From assembly GCA_963841435.1 (NCBI GenBank), contig CAWJCS010000006.1, forward strand, positions 992,001 to 1,056,000: a DNA stretch of 64,000 nt, written 5' to 3'. The stretch comes from an uncultured delta proteobacterium. GTDB taxonomy: Bacteria > Myxococcota_A > Polyangia > Polyangiales > Polyangiaceae. The translations under genes and the position numbers were made by a program. The stretch's first letter is position 1. Each line of letters starts with the position of its first letter. Positions 41,212-48,951 of the stretch are shown in pieces. The notes beneath the pieces are model-generated. The model was given only the letters and a program-made list of their open reading frames with translations. It searched no databases and was not told the DNA's origin.

Positions 41212-41700
41212 ATGAACAGGCTGCTCTTCGTCTTGTTGCTTTTGGTGGCCGGCTGCGCGCCGGGTATCGGCGACGCCTGTGAAACGTCAACCGATTGCTC
41301 ACAGAACGGCGACCGGCTGTGCGACGTGAGCCAGCCGGGCGGGTACTGCACGGTGTTCGCCTGCGATCCCGGCAGCTGCCCGGACGACGCGGTCTGCATC
41401 CTCTTCGGCAAGGATCCATCGACGGTCGCAGGTTGCGAGGACGACACCGGCTCGAATCCGTCCGCTCGCAGCTTCTGTATGAAGAAGTGCAAGAACAGCG
41501 GAGACTGCCGACAGCCCGAGGGATACATCTGCGTCGACCCCGTGGGCCCCGACCGGCCGATCTCCGCGGTGAACCTCGACGCACCGAGCAAGGTTTGTAT
41601 GTTCGTCTCCAGCGAGACGCGCGCGACGGACGCGGCGTCGGACGTGTGTCACGCCGAGCCGGTGTCGTCCGGCGGGGGCGGCGAGGGCGGCGGGGGCTGA
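41212..41700 (+). CDS. Cys-rich lipoprotein
   Basis: Lipobox LVAGC; IGDAC...C, PGGYCT, FCMKKC...DC. Confidence 0.82.
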   Translation: MNRLLFVLLLLVAGCAPGIGDACETSTDCSQNGDRLCDVSQPGGYCTVFACDPGSCPDDAVCILFGKDPSTVAGCEDDTGSNPSARSFCMKKCKNSGDCRQPEGYICVDPVGPDRPISAVNLDAPSKVCMFVSSETRATDAASDVCHAEPVSSGGGGEGGGG

Positions 41701-41713
41701 CGGTCGCCAGGCG

Positions 41714-42757
41714 ATGTTCGGGCTGCCGCCGCTGCCGCGCAAGCTCGCTGCCGCCCTGACCGACGCGCAGAACCGGCGGGCCGACGTTCGGCTCTCTGCA
41801 CTCGGTGATCTCGTGCGCCTCACGCGCGTCGAAGCCGAACGCGACGCGGCGGTCAGTGGGCTCGAGGGGTTGCTCGCGGGCGACCCGAGCCCCGAGCTCC
41901 GCGCCGCCGCCGCCATGGGGCTCGCCGACGCCGAGGCGAGCGTCTCGCTGCCGGCCCTCGCGCGGGCGCTCGACGACGGCAACGCTCGCGTGCGGCAGAT
42001 GGCCGTGCTCGCGTTCGGGGAGCTCGCCGACCCCGGCGACCGCGCAGGCGCCGCGCGCGTCGAAGCCCTGCTCGCGGCGGCGGAACCGCCCGTACGCTTT
42101 CAGGCCCTCATCGCGTTCGTGAGGCTTTGCCCGGAGCGAGCCACACCGGCGCTGCTCGCCGCGAGCGAGGACGCCGACGACGAGATCCGAGCGATGGCGT
42201 ATCGCCTCGCGGCGAGCACCTTCGACGGCGACGTCGAGGCGCCCGCGTCGCTCGTCGCGAGAGCCGAACGAGCGCTGGGCGAGACCTCGGACGCCGCGCG
42301 CGCTGCTGCGGCGATCTTCCTCGCGCGGCGGGGCCTCGAGAAGGCGGAGCCCGTGATCGTCGGCGTGATCGACGGCAGCGTGCGCGTCGCCGAAGAAGCG
42401 GATCGGCTCCGCGCCATCGAGGTCGCCGCCGAGCAAGGTATCGAGCGGGCACGCAGAGCGCTCGTGCAGCGCGCCTTCGGCCCGTTCCGGCGGCGGTTCG
42501 GCGCGCTTTCGTGGCACGCGCTCGTCGCCGCAGCGTCGCTCGGCGACGAGCGCGCCCGGCACGCCATTTTGCGCGATCTCGCGGCGTGGACGCGCGAGAC
42601 GCGCACGCTCGCCGTCGTGGCGGCTGGTCGCGCGGGCCTCCACGAGGCGCTGGGAGCCATCCAGGGTTTCGTCGGCAACCCCTCCCGCGCCGACCCCGAG
42701 GCCGTCAACGAGGCACTGCGCGCGCTCGGCCATCGCGGAGCGACCGACGCTGGTTGA
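41714..42757 (+). CDS. HEAT-repeat protein
   Basis: Repeated D..xVRxxAxxALG units. Confidence 0.85.
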   Translation: MFGLPPLPRKLAAALTDAQNRRADVRLSALGDLVRLTRVEAERDAAVSGLEGLLAGDPSPELRAAAAMGLADAEASVSLPALARALDDGNARVRQMAVLAFGELADPGDRAGAARVEALLAAAEPPVRFQALIAFVRLCPERATPALLAASEDADDEIRAMAYRLAASTFDGDVEAPASLVARAERALGETSDAARAAAAIFLARRGLEKAEPVIVGVIDGSVRVAEEADRLRAIEVAAEQGIERARRALVQRAFGPFRRRFGALSWHALVAAASLGDERARHAILRDLAAWTRETRTLAVVAAGRAGLHEALGAIQGFVGNPSRADPEAVNEALRALGHRGATDAG

Positions 42758-42789
42758 AGCGGCGCGCCCGCCCGGATACGCTGCCACGC

Positions 42790-43119
42790 ATGACGGGCGA
42801 CGGCACGATTGAACCGGGGCTCGCGTTCGAGATCACCAAGCTTCTCCTGCAGGCCGTTTGGGCGGACGGGGAGGTGGCCGACGAGGAGGCCGAGGCCCTG
42901 CACGACTACGCCGTGCGCGCGGGCGTCGACCCCGTGGCTCTCGAGTCGCTCGACGCGTGCCTCGCGGGGCAGCAACCGCTCGTGCTGCCGAATCTAGGAC
43001 TGCTCAAGGGGCATCGTACGGAGGTGCTCCGCGCCGTCCGCAAGCTCGTCACCTCCGACCAGCGCATTCACGAGGAGGAGGAGGCGCTCGTCGACCAAAT
43101 CGTGGCGCTGCTCAGGTGA
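42790..43119 (+). CDS. TerB-like (tellurite resistance fold) small protein
   Basis: WADGEVADEE and SDQRIHEEE acidic motifs typical of TerB-like helical bundles. Confidence 0.7.
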   Translation: MTGDGTIEPGLAFEITKLLLQAVWADGEVADEEAEALHDYAVRAGVDPVALESLDACLAGQQPLVLPNLGLLKGHRTEVLRAVRKLVTSDQRIHEEEEALVDQIVALLR

Positions 43120-43125
43120 CCCGAC

Positions 43126-44217
43126 GTGGCGGCCCCCGACAGAGCTGACGCACCGTTCGCGCTGATCTCGAGCGACGGCGAGCTCGCGCCGGGGCAAAGC
43201 TCGTCGCTTTCGGCGCGCAGCCGGCTCTCGCTCTACCGTCACATGCTGCGCGCGCGGCGCCTCGACGAGCGCCTGAGCGCTCTCACGCGAAACGGGGCAA
43301 TCGGATTCTTCGGCTCGAGCCTGGGACAGGAAGCCGTGCCCGTGGCCGCGACGCTCGCCGTGGACGCCGAGGACTGGATCTTCCCCGCGCTGCGCGAAAG
43401 CGCCGCGCTGCTCGTTCGCGGGCTCCCCCTCGAGCTATTGCTCGCCCAGTCGTTCGGCAGCGCGCGCGACTTCGCAAAGGGTCGCCAGATGCCGAACCAC
43501 GCGTTCAGCGCGGCGCACCGCGTGGTCTCGTGGTCGAGCTGTATCGCGACTCAGCTGCCGCACGCCGTCGGCATGGCCTGGGCGGCGAAGCTCAGGCGCG
43601 AGCCGCGCATCGCGCTCGCGTTTCTCGGCGACGGGGCCACGAGCCACCCCGACTTTCACGCCGCGCTCAATTTCGCCGGTGTGTACCGGCTGCCGGTCGT
43701 GTTCGTCTGCCAGAACAACCAGTACGCGCTGAGCGTTCCGGCCGCTCGCCAGACCGCCTCACGGAGCTTCGCCATCAAGGCGCGCGCCTACGGCGTCGGC
43801 GAGGCGCTCGTCAACGGCAACGACGCGCTCGCCGTGCATCAGAAGGTGGAGCAGGCCGCGGCCCACGCGCGGAGCGGCAGCGGGGCGACCCTCGTCGAGT
43901 GCGTCACCTACCGGCGGGGACCGCATTCGTCGAGCGACGACCCCGCGCGCTACCGCAGCGCCGCCGAGGAGGCAGCGTGGGCGGCCCGTGACCCCATTCT
44001 TCGCCTCGGGCGACATCTCACCCGCGAGGGTTTCCTCGATCCGGTGCTCGAGTCCCGCCTCGTCACGGCCATCGACGATGAGATCGACGCGGCCCTCGCC
44101 GTCGCGGCTGCCGATGGCCCGCCGGTTCGCGAGACCTTGTTCGACGACATCTACGAAACCCGCCCCTGGCACCTCCGGGAGCAGGCCGACGGCGTGGAAA
44201 TCGGCACACAGTATTGA
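43126..44217 (+). CDS. TPP-dependent 2-oxoacid dehydrogenase E1 alpha subunit (pyruvate or branched-chain)
   Basis: GQEA, GRQMPNH, GDGATS...NN TPP motif, TYRRGPHSSSDDP. Confidence 0.9.
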   Translation: MAAPDRADAPFALISSDGELAPGQSSSLSARSRLSLYRHMLRARRLDERLSALTRNGAIGFFGSSLGQEAVPVAATLAVDAEDWIFPALRESAALLVRGLPLELLLAQSFGSARDFAKGRQMPNHAFSAAHRVVSWSSCIATQLPHAVGMAWAAKLRREPRIALAFLGDGATSHPDFHAALNFAGVYRLPVVFVCQNNQYALSVPAARQTASRSFAIKARAYGVGEALVNGNDALAVHQKVEQAAAHARSGSGATLVECVTYRRGPHSSSDDPARYRSAAEEAAWAARDPILRLGRHLTREGFLDPVLESRLVTAIDDEIDAALAVAAADGPPVRETLFDDIYETRPWHLREQADGVEIGTQY

Positions 44218-44269
44218 GGAACGAGCACGGGTCTTGTGAGGCGCCGGGCGGTAAGGTAGTCGGGCGCCC

Positions 44270-45676
44270 ATGGAAACGACCTACGACGTCATCGTTCTCG
44301 GAGGTGGTCCCGGTGGCTACCCCTGCGCCATTCGCCTCGGGCAGCTCGGGCTCAAGGTCGCGTGCGTGGAAGAGGAAGAGTACGGCGGCGTCTGTCTCAA
44401 CTGGGGTTGCATCCCGTCCAAGGCGCTGATCGCCAACGCGCACTTCGTCGAGAAGTCGCGTCACGTCGCCGACTTCGGCATCGCGGTCAACGGTGTCTCG
44501 GTGGACGTTCCGCGCATGCAGGAGTGGAAGGGCGGCATCGTGAAAAAGCTGACGGGCGGCGTGCGCTCGCTGCTCAAGGCCAATGGCGCGGCGATCGTCG
44601 AAGGGCGCGGTCGCTTGACCGACGCCAAGACCGTCGAGGTCGCGCAAAAGGGTGGTCAGACCACGAAGCTCACGGCGAAAAAGGCGATCGTCATCGCTAC
44701 GGGCTCGGCGACGATCCAGGTGCCGGGCTTCGAGTTCGACGGCCAACGCGTGATCGGCGCGCGCGAGGCCGTGAGCCTCCCGCAGATCCCGAAGCGCCTC
44801 GTCGTGATCGGGGGCGGCGTGATCGGGCTCGAGCTCGGCATGGTGTACCAGAGCTTCGGTGCCACGCTCACGGTGGTCGAGCTCACGCCCGAGCTCTTGC
44901 CGGGGACGGACCCCGACTGCGTGCGCATCGTCGAGAAGAACATCGTGAAGCGCGGGGGCACGGTGCTGAAGGGCGCGCGCGCGGAGAGCTTGGAAAAGAA
45001 GCCGGACAGCGTCGTCGTCAACGTGGCTGCCGCCGACGGGCCGAAGAAGATCGAGTGCGACGTCGTGCTGGTCGCCGTGGGCATGAAGCCGCGCGGCAAG
45101 GGTATCGGCCTCGAGGAGATCGGCGTCACGGTCGACCAGCGCGGCTTCGTTCCCACCAACGATCGCTGCGAGACCAACGTGCCCGGCATCTACGCCATCG
45201 GCGACGTGAGCGGCCCGCCCATGCTCGCTCACAAAGCTTCCAAGGAGGGCGAGGTGTGCGCCGAGGTGATCGCCGGCAAGGCCGCCGCCAAGGACTGGGT
45301 CACGATCCCCGGCATCATCTTCACCGATCCGGAGATCGCGACCGTGGGCATCACCGACGCCCAGGCCAAGCAGCAGGGTCTCACGGTGAAGGTGGGGCGC
45401 TTTCCGTTCTCCGTGCTCGGCCGGGCGATGAGCATCGGCGAGACCGACGGGTTCGTGAAGGTCGTGACGGAGCAGAAGACGGGCCGCGTGCTCGGCATCC
45501 ACATCGTGGGGCCGAACGCGAGCGATCTCATCAGCGAGGCGGCGCTCGCGCTCGAGGTGGCCGCCACCGCCGAGGACATTGCGCTCACGGTGCATCCGCA
45601 CCCGACGCTCGGCGAAGCCTTGATGGAGGCGGCGGCGCACTCGATCGGCCACGCCATCCACATCGCGAACCGCTGA
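44270..45676 (+). CDS. lpdA: Dihydrolipoyl dehydrogenase (E3)
   Basis: GGGPGGY, GGVCLNWGCIPSK, GGGVIGLE, MLAHKA, HPHPTLGE. Confidence 0.96.
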   Translation: METTYDVIVLGGGPGGYPCAIRLGQLGLKVACVEEEEYGGVCLNWGCIPSKALIANAHFVEKSRHVADFGIAVNGVSVDVPRMQEWKGGIVKKLTGGVRSLLKANGAAIVEGRGRLTDAKTVEVAQKGGQTTKLTAKKAIVIATGSATIQVPGFEFDGQRVIGAREAVSLPQIPKRLVVIGGGVIGLELGMVYQSFGATLTVVELTPELLPGTDPDCVRIVEKNIVKRGGTVLKGARAESLEKKPDSVVVNVAAADGPKKIECDVVLVAVGMKPRGKGIGLEEIGVTVDQRGFVPTNDRCETNVPGIYAIGDVSGPPMLAHKASKEGEVCAEVIAGKAAAKDWVTIPGIIFTDPEIATVGITDAQAKQQGLTVKVGRFPFSVLGRAMSIGETDGFVKVVTEQKTGRVLGIHIVGPNASDLISEAALALEVAATAEDIALTVHPHPTLGEALMEAAAHSIGHAIHIANR

Positions 45677-45788
45677 CGCGCGGCAGCTGGCTTCGGGCGC
45701 TCCGCATCCGGATGGGGCGTTGCGGCGGCCGGGGCGGGCCCGGCGCCCACGCTTTGAGCGCTCCCGAAAGGCGTGGCATCTTCGACCC

Positions 45789-46523
45789 ATGGGCATCTTC
45801 GACCGCGTGGGCAGCGTCATCTCGTCCAATTTCAACGCGCTCCTCGATCAGCTCGAGGATCCGAAAAAGTCGGTCGAGGCGACGCTCTCCGGCATGCGCG
45901 ACCAGATCCGCGCCGCGCGCCGCGAGGTCGTGAGCGCCGTCGCGGCGGGCAAGCAGCTCGAGCGGCGCGTCGAGGAGCTCGGGCGCGAGGCCGACAAGTG
46001 GCAGCACCGCGCCGAGCTTGCCGTGCGCCACGGCGACGACGACCTCGCGCGCGAGGCACTGTTTCATCACCGGCGAGCGCAGAGGGAGCGCGATCAGGCG
46101 GAGGCTCAGCGCGGCGAACAGCGCGCGTCGGCGGTCGAAATGAAGAAGGAGCTCGAGCGGATGGAGCAGCGCGTGGGCGAGCTCGACAAAAAGAAGGGCA
46201 CGCTCGCCGCGAAGCTCGGCCAGGCGAAGGCCGGTGGCGGCCCCGAGGCGCTCGGCGCGCGCGGCGCGGGTCCAACGGCGTTCGAGGAGTTCCGCCGCAT
46301 GGAGGATCAGATCGAAGCCGTGGAGACGGCGGCGCAGGCCCAGCGCGAGATCGAGGACGCTCTCGGTGGCGGGCGCGGCCCGGCGGGCCTCTCGGCGAGC
46401 GAGGTGGAGGCGCGCTTTCGCGCTCTCGAGAGCGGCCAGAGCCCCAAGGCCGAACGCGAGGGCGAAGGCGACGTTGAGGCCGAGCTCAGCGCGCTCAAGA
46501 AGCGCATTCGCATCGAGACCTGA
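45789..46523 (+). CDS. pspA: PspA/IM30 family protein
   Basis: MGIFDR...NFNALLDQLEDP, GDDDLAREAL, FRRMEDQIE, VEAELSALK. Confidence 0.9.
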   Translation: MGIFDRVGSVISSNFNALLDQLEDPKKSVEATLSGMRDQIRAARREVVSAVAAGKQLERRVEELGREADKWQHRAELAVRHGDDDLAREALFHHRRAQRERDQAEAQRGEQRASAVEMKKELERMEQRVGELDKKKGTLAAKLGQAKAGGGPEALGARGAGPTAFEEFRRMEDQIEAVETAAQAQREIEDALGGGRGPAGLSASEVEARFRALESGQSPKAEREGEGDVEAELSALKKRIRIET

Positions 46524-46535
46524 GCGGCCGAGCCG

Positions 46536-47054
46536 TCACGTTTCGGGCGCGCCCGAGCTCGAGCTGACGAATCCCACCGATTCACCGAGCTCGTCGCGCG
46601 GCTCGCGCGATGCGGACCTCGCCTGGCTCGCGAGCCACGCTTCGAGTCGGGATGCGACGGCGATGCCGACGAGCATCGTCGCGACGAAGCCCAGGGCTCC
46701 TGCGCCGCCGGAAGCCAGGGCGACGACGCTCGGCCCCGGGCAGTAGCCGGCGAGCCCCCAGCCGACGCCGAAAATCGCGGCGCCCACGAGCAGCCGGGCG
46801 TCGATGGGCCCCTTGACCGCGAACGAGCTACGCGCGCTCGACGGCGGCGCGCTCTTCGTCAACGCTCGCACTCCGAGCGCGTGCACGCCGATGGCCCCGA
46901 CCATCACCAAGGCGAGCGAGGGGTCCCAGGCACCCGCCAGATCGAGGAAGCCGAGCACCTTTTCGGGTTGGGTCATCCCGCTCAGCAAGAGCCCGACGCC
47001 GAACACGGCGCCGCTCGCGAGCGAGGCGAGAGCGACCTTGCTGGCGTGGCTCAT
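46536..47054 (-). CDS. YeeE/YedE-family sulfur transporter half (DUF6691-like)
   Basis: FGVGLLLSGMTQPEKVLGFLD, WDPSL, FGVGWGLAGYCPGP. Confidence 0.88.
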   Translation of the reverse strand: MSHASKVALASLASGAVFGVGLLLSGMTQPEKVLGFLDLAGAWDPSLALVMVGAIGVHALGVRALTKSAPPSSARSSFAVKGPIDARLLVGAAIFGVGWGLAGYCPGPSVVALASGGAGALGFVATMLVGIAVASRLEAWLASQARSASREPRDELGESVGFVSSSSGAPET

Positions 47055-47479
47055 GGTCCGCCACCGAGCAGGTGAGCGAGCGACGCGGTCAGCATGCCGG
47101 TCGCGACGAACGTCACGGTGGCGACGAGCGAGCGCACGGACCCTCGGCTCAAGCCGCACACGCCGTGGCCGCTCGTGCAGCCGCTGCTCAGGCGCGTGCC
47201 CATTCCCACGAGGAACCCGCCGACCAGCAGCGTTCCGAGGGTCCGAGGTGAAGCGGCAATCGCGTTCGAGCCGGCCAGAATCGAAACCGCGCCAGCGGCG
47301 AGCAAGCCTGTCACGAACAGAAGTCGCCAACGTACGTCGCCCGGCCGCGGGACGGCGAGCCCTGCGACGATGCCGCTCACGCCGGCAATGCGGCCCGTGA
47401 GCGCGAGCAACAAGGTGGCGGCGAGGCCCAGCAACGCGCCGCCGGCCAGCGCAGCTATGGGAGTGAAGGTCTGGGTCAT
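47051..47479 (-). CDS. YeeE/YedE-family sulfur transporter half
   Basis: GRIAGVSGI, GCTSGHGVCGLSR. Confidence 0.9.
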   Translation of the reverse strand: MTQTFTPIAALAGGALLGLAATLLLALTGRIAGVSGIVAGLAVPRPGDVRWRLLFVTGLLAAGAVSILAGSNAIAASPRTLGTLLVGGFLVGMGTRLSSGCTSGHGVCGLSRGSVRSLVATVTFVATGMLTASLAHLLGGGP

Positions 47480-47544
47480 CCGGGCCGGCTCCGTTACGAC
47501 GTCCGCGGGAGCGTTTCAAGTCGGGCGGCGCAAACGGCGCCGGC

Positions 47545-48750
47545 CTAACGCCCCGGCCGGCCGCCGGTCGCGGCGCCGGTCGTGAACGTCCACTCGAAAT
47601 GCAGCGGCGATGTGTCGCGGGTCGCCTCGATGGCGACGCGGTAGGTGGTGTTCGCCGTGAGCGGCGCGTCCGTGTAGAGCACCTTCGCGTAGTCGGGTAG
47701 GGTGGGGTCGTCGCTGTCGAGCCACTGGTGCATGAGCTCCTCGGTCGTTCCATCGACGACGATGGAATGGCTCGAGACGGTGATGCTTTTCGCGTAGAGC
47801 GTCACGGGAAATCCGCTCGGCCAACCCGTGGCGGGCATGGGTGGCTCGGGGCCTTCGCGGCTGCCGTCGAAGGACGTTGGCACGCCGGTTTGATCGGCGT
47901 ACGGGTAGAAGGCCGTGACGTTGGCGGCGGTCATCGCGCCGGTGCCGTAGTCGATCGTGTCGCAGCCGTCACCGAAGCCGTAGCCGAGCTCGCGTGTCCA
48001 GGGATCCAGCACGGGAGTGCGGTGATACACCGAGTTGACGAACATCATGGTCGAGGTCACCGGGTCACCGGCGAACGCCATGCATTCGGAACCGCCGCGT
48101 CCCGTGTAGCCGGCGGCGCGCATCCGATCGCCGAGACCTGCGCCGGTGAACCCAGGGCAGCCCATGATTTCGTTGTGGGGGCTCGGCGCCTCGCACATCG
48201 CGTCGCCCTGGTTCTGAACGTAGTAGTCGCAGTGGTTTTGGGCGCTCGTGATGAGCTCGGCGACGAGCGTGGCGCAGTCGAGGCCCATGGCGAGCCTGAG
48301 CTCGTTCTCCGTGTTCAGTGCGACGACGGCTTCGTCGGGGACGCCCACGGGAGGGGCCGGGCACGAATCGAGCCCTGGCGTCGTGCCGCCCGTGCCCGCG
48401 TCACCGGCAGCGCCCGCTCCCGCGCTGCCCGCGGTACCGGCACCACCAACGCCCGCGGTTCCCGCGTCCCCGGCGCTCGCTCCGCCGCTCGCGAGCCCGG
48501 CTCCACCGGCGGCTCCGCCGCCGAGGCCTGCCGCCCCCGCACCGGACTGACCGGCGACGCTACCGGCGCTCCCGCCCGCTCCCGCTGCCGTCCCAGCCTG
48601 CCCGCCGCTTGCCGCGGCGCCGCCTTGTCCGCCGCTCGCGCTCATCGTTCCGCCGGAGCCGCCGGTGCTCGGAATGCCGAGATCGTCTTGCCCGCTGCTG
48701 CAACCGAGCAGTGGGGTCAGGGCCAGTAGAAACCACGGCGTATGGCGCAT
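47545..48750 (-). CDS. CAP/SCP-domain lipoprotein with Gly-rich linker
   Basis: Lipobox LLGC; NELRLAMGL, SAQNHCDY, H, RMRAAGY, SVYHRTPVLDP, GYG. Confidence 0.85.
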   Translation of the reverse strand: MRHTPWFLLALTPLLGCSSGQDDLGIPSTGGSGGTMSASGGQGGAAASGGQAGTAAGAGGSAGSVAGQSGAGAAGLGGGAAGGAGLASGGASAGDAGTAGVGGAGTAGSAGAGAAGDAGTGGTTPGLDSCPAPPVGVPDEAVVALNTENELRLAMGLDCATLVAELITSAQNHCDYYVQNQGDAMCEAPSPHNEIMGCPGFTGAGLGDRMRAAGYTGRGGSECMAFAGDPVTSTMMFVNSVYHRTPVLDPWTRELGYGFGDGCDTIDYGTGAMTAANVTAFYPYADQTGVPTSFDGSREGPEPPMPATGWPSGFPVTLYAKSITVSSHSIVVDGTTEELMHQWLDSDDPTLPDYAKVLYTDAPLTANTTYRVAIEATRDTSPLHFEWTFTTGAATGGRPGR

Positions 48751-48804
48751 GACCGTTAAGTGTCTCGAGAGCGCGCGCTCGGGGCGAAAATCGGGATGAG
48801 GACC

Positions 48805-48864
48805 CGTGCAAGCTCTTGCACGATGCAGCGCCTTGCACGCGTCGGCGGTGCGCGGGCGTGCACG
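48805..48864. promoter_or_regulatory. Three tandem TGC(A/G)-N6-TGCA boxes, putative enhancer or regulator binding sites
   Basis: Perfect palindrome CGTGCAAG-CT-CTTGCACG (48805-48822), TGCAGCGCCTTGCA (48824-48837), TGCGCGGGCGTGCA (48849-48862); each ends in TGCACG. Confidence 0.6.
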
Positions 48865-48903
48865 TCGATCGACGCACCCGCGCAAATCACGGCGATTCAT
48901 GCA

Positions 48904-48919
48904 CGGCACAGCCCTTGCT
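48904..48919 (+). promoter_or_regulatory. Sigma-54 (-24/-12) promoter
   Basis: CGGCAC-AGCCC-TTGCT matches YGGCAC-N5-TTGC with exact GG-N10-GC spacing, 32 nt before the ATG; SD GGAGGAG follows. Confidence 0.72.
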
Positions 48920-48951
48920 CTTCCCAGGTCGAACCCACGGAGGAGAACGAC

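Noticed and set aside
46536-47479. YeeE/YedE pair as part of a novel sulfur pathway
   Set aside because: A common two-gene unit, with no rhodanese, persulfide dioxygenase or sulfur-oxidation genes adjacent.
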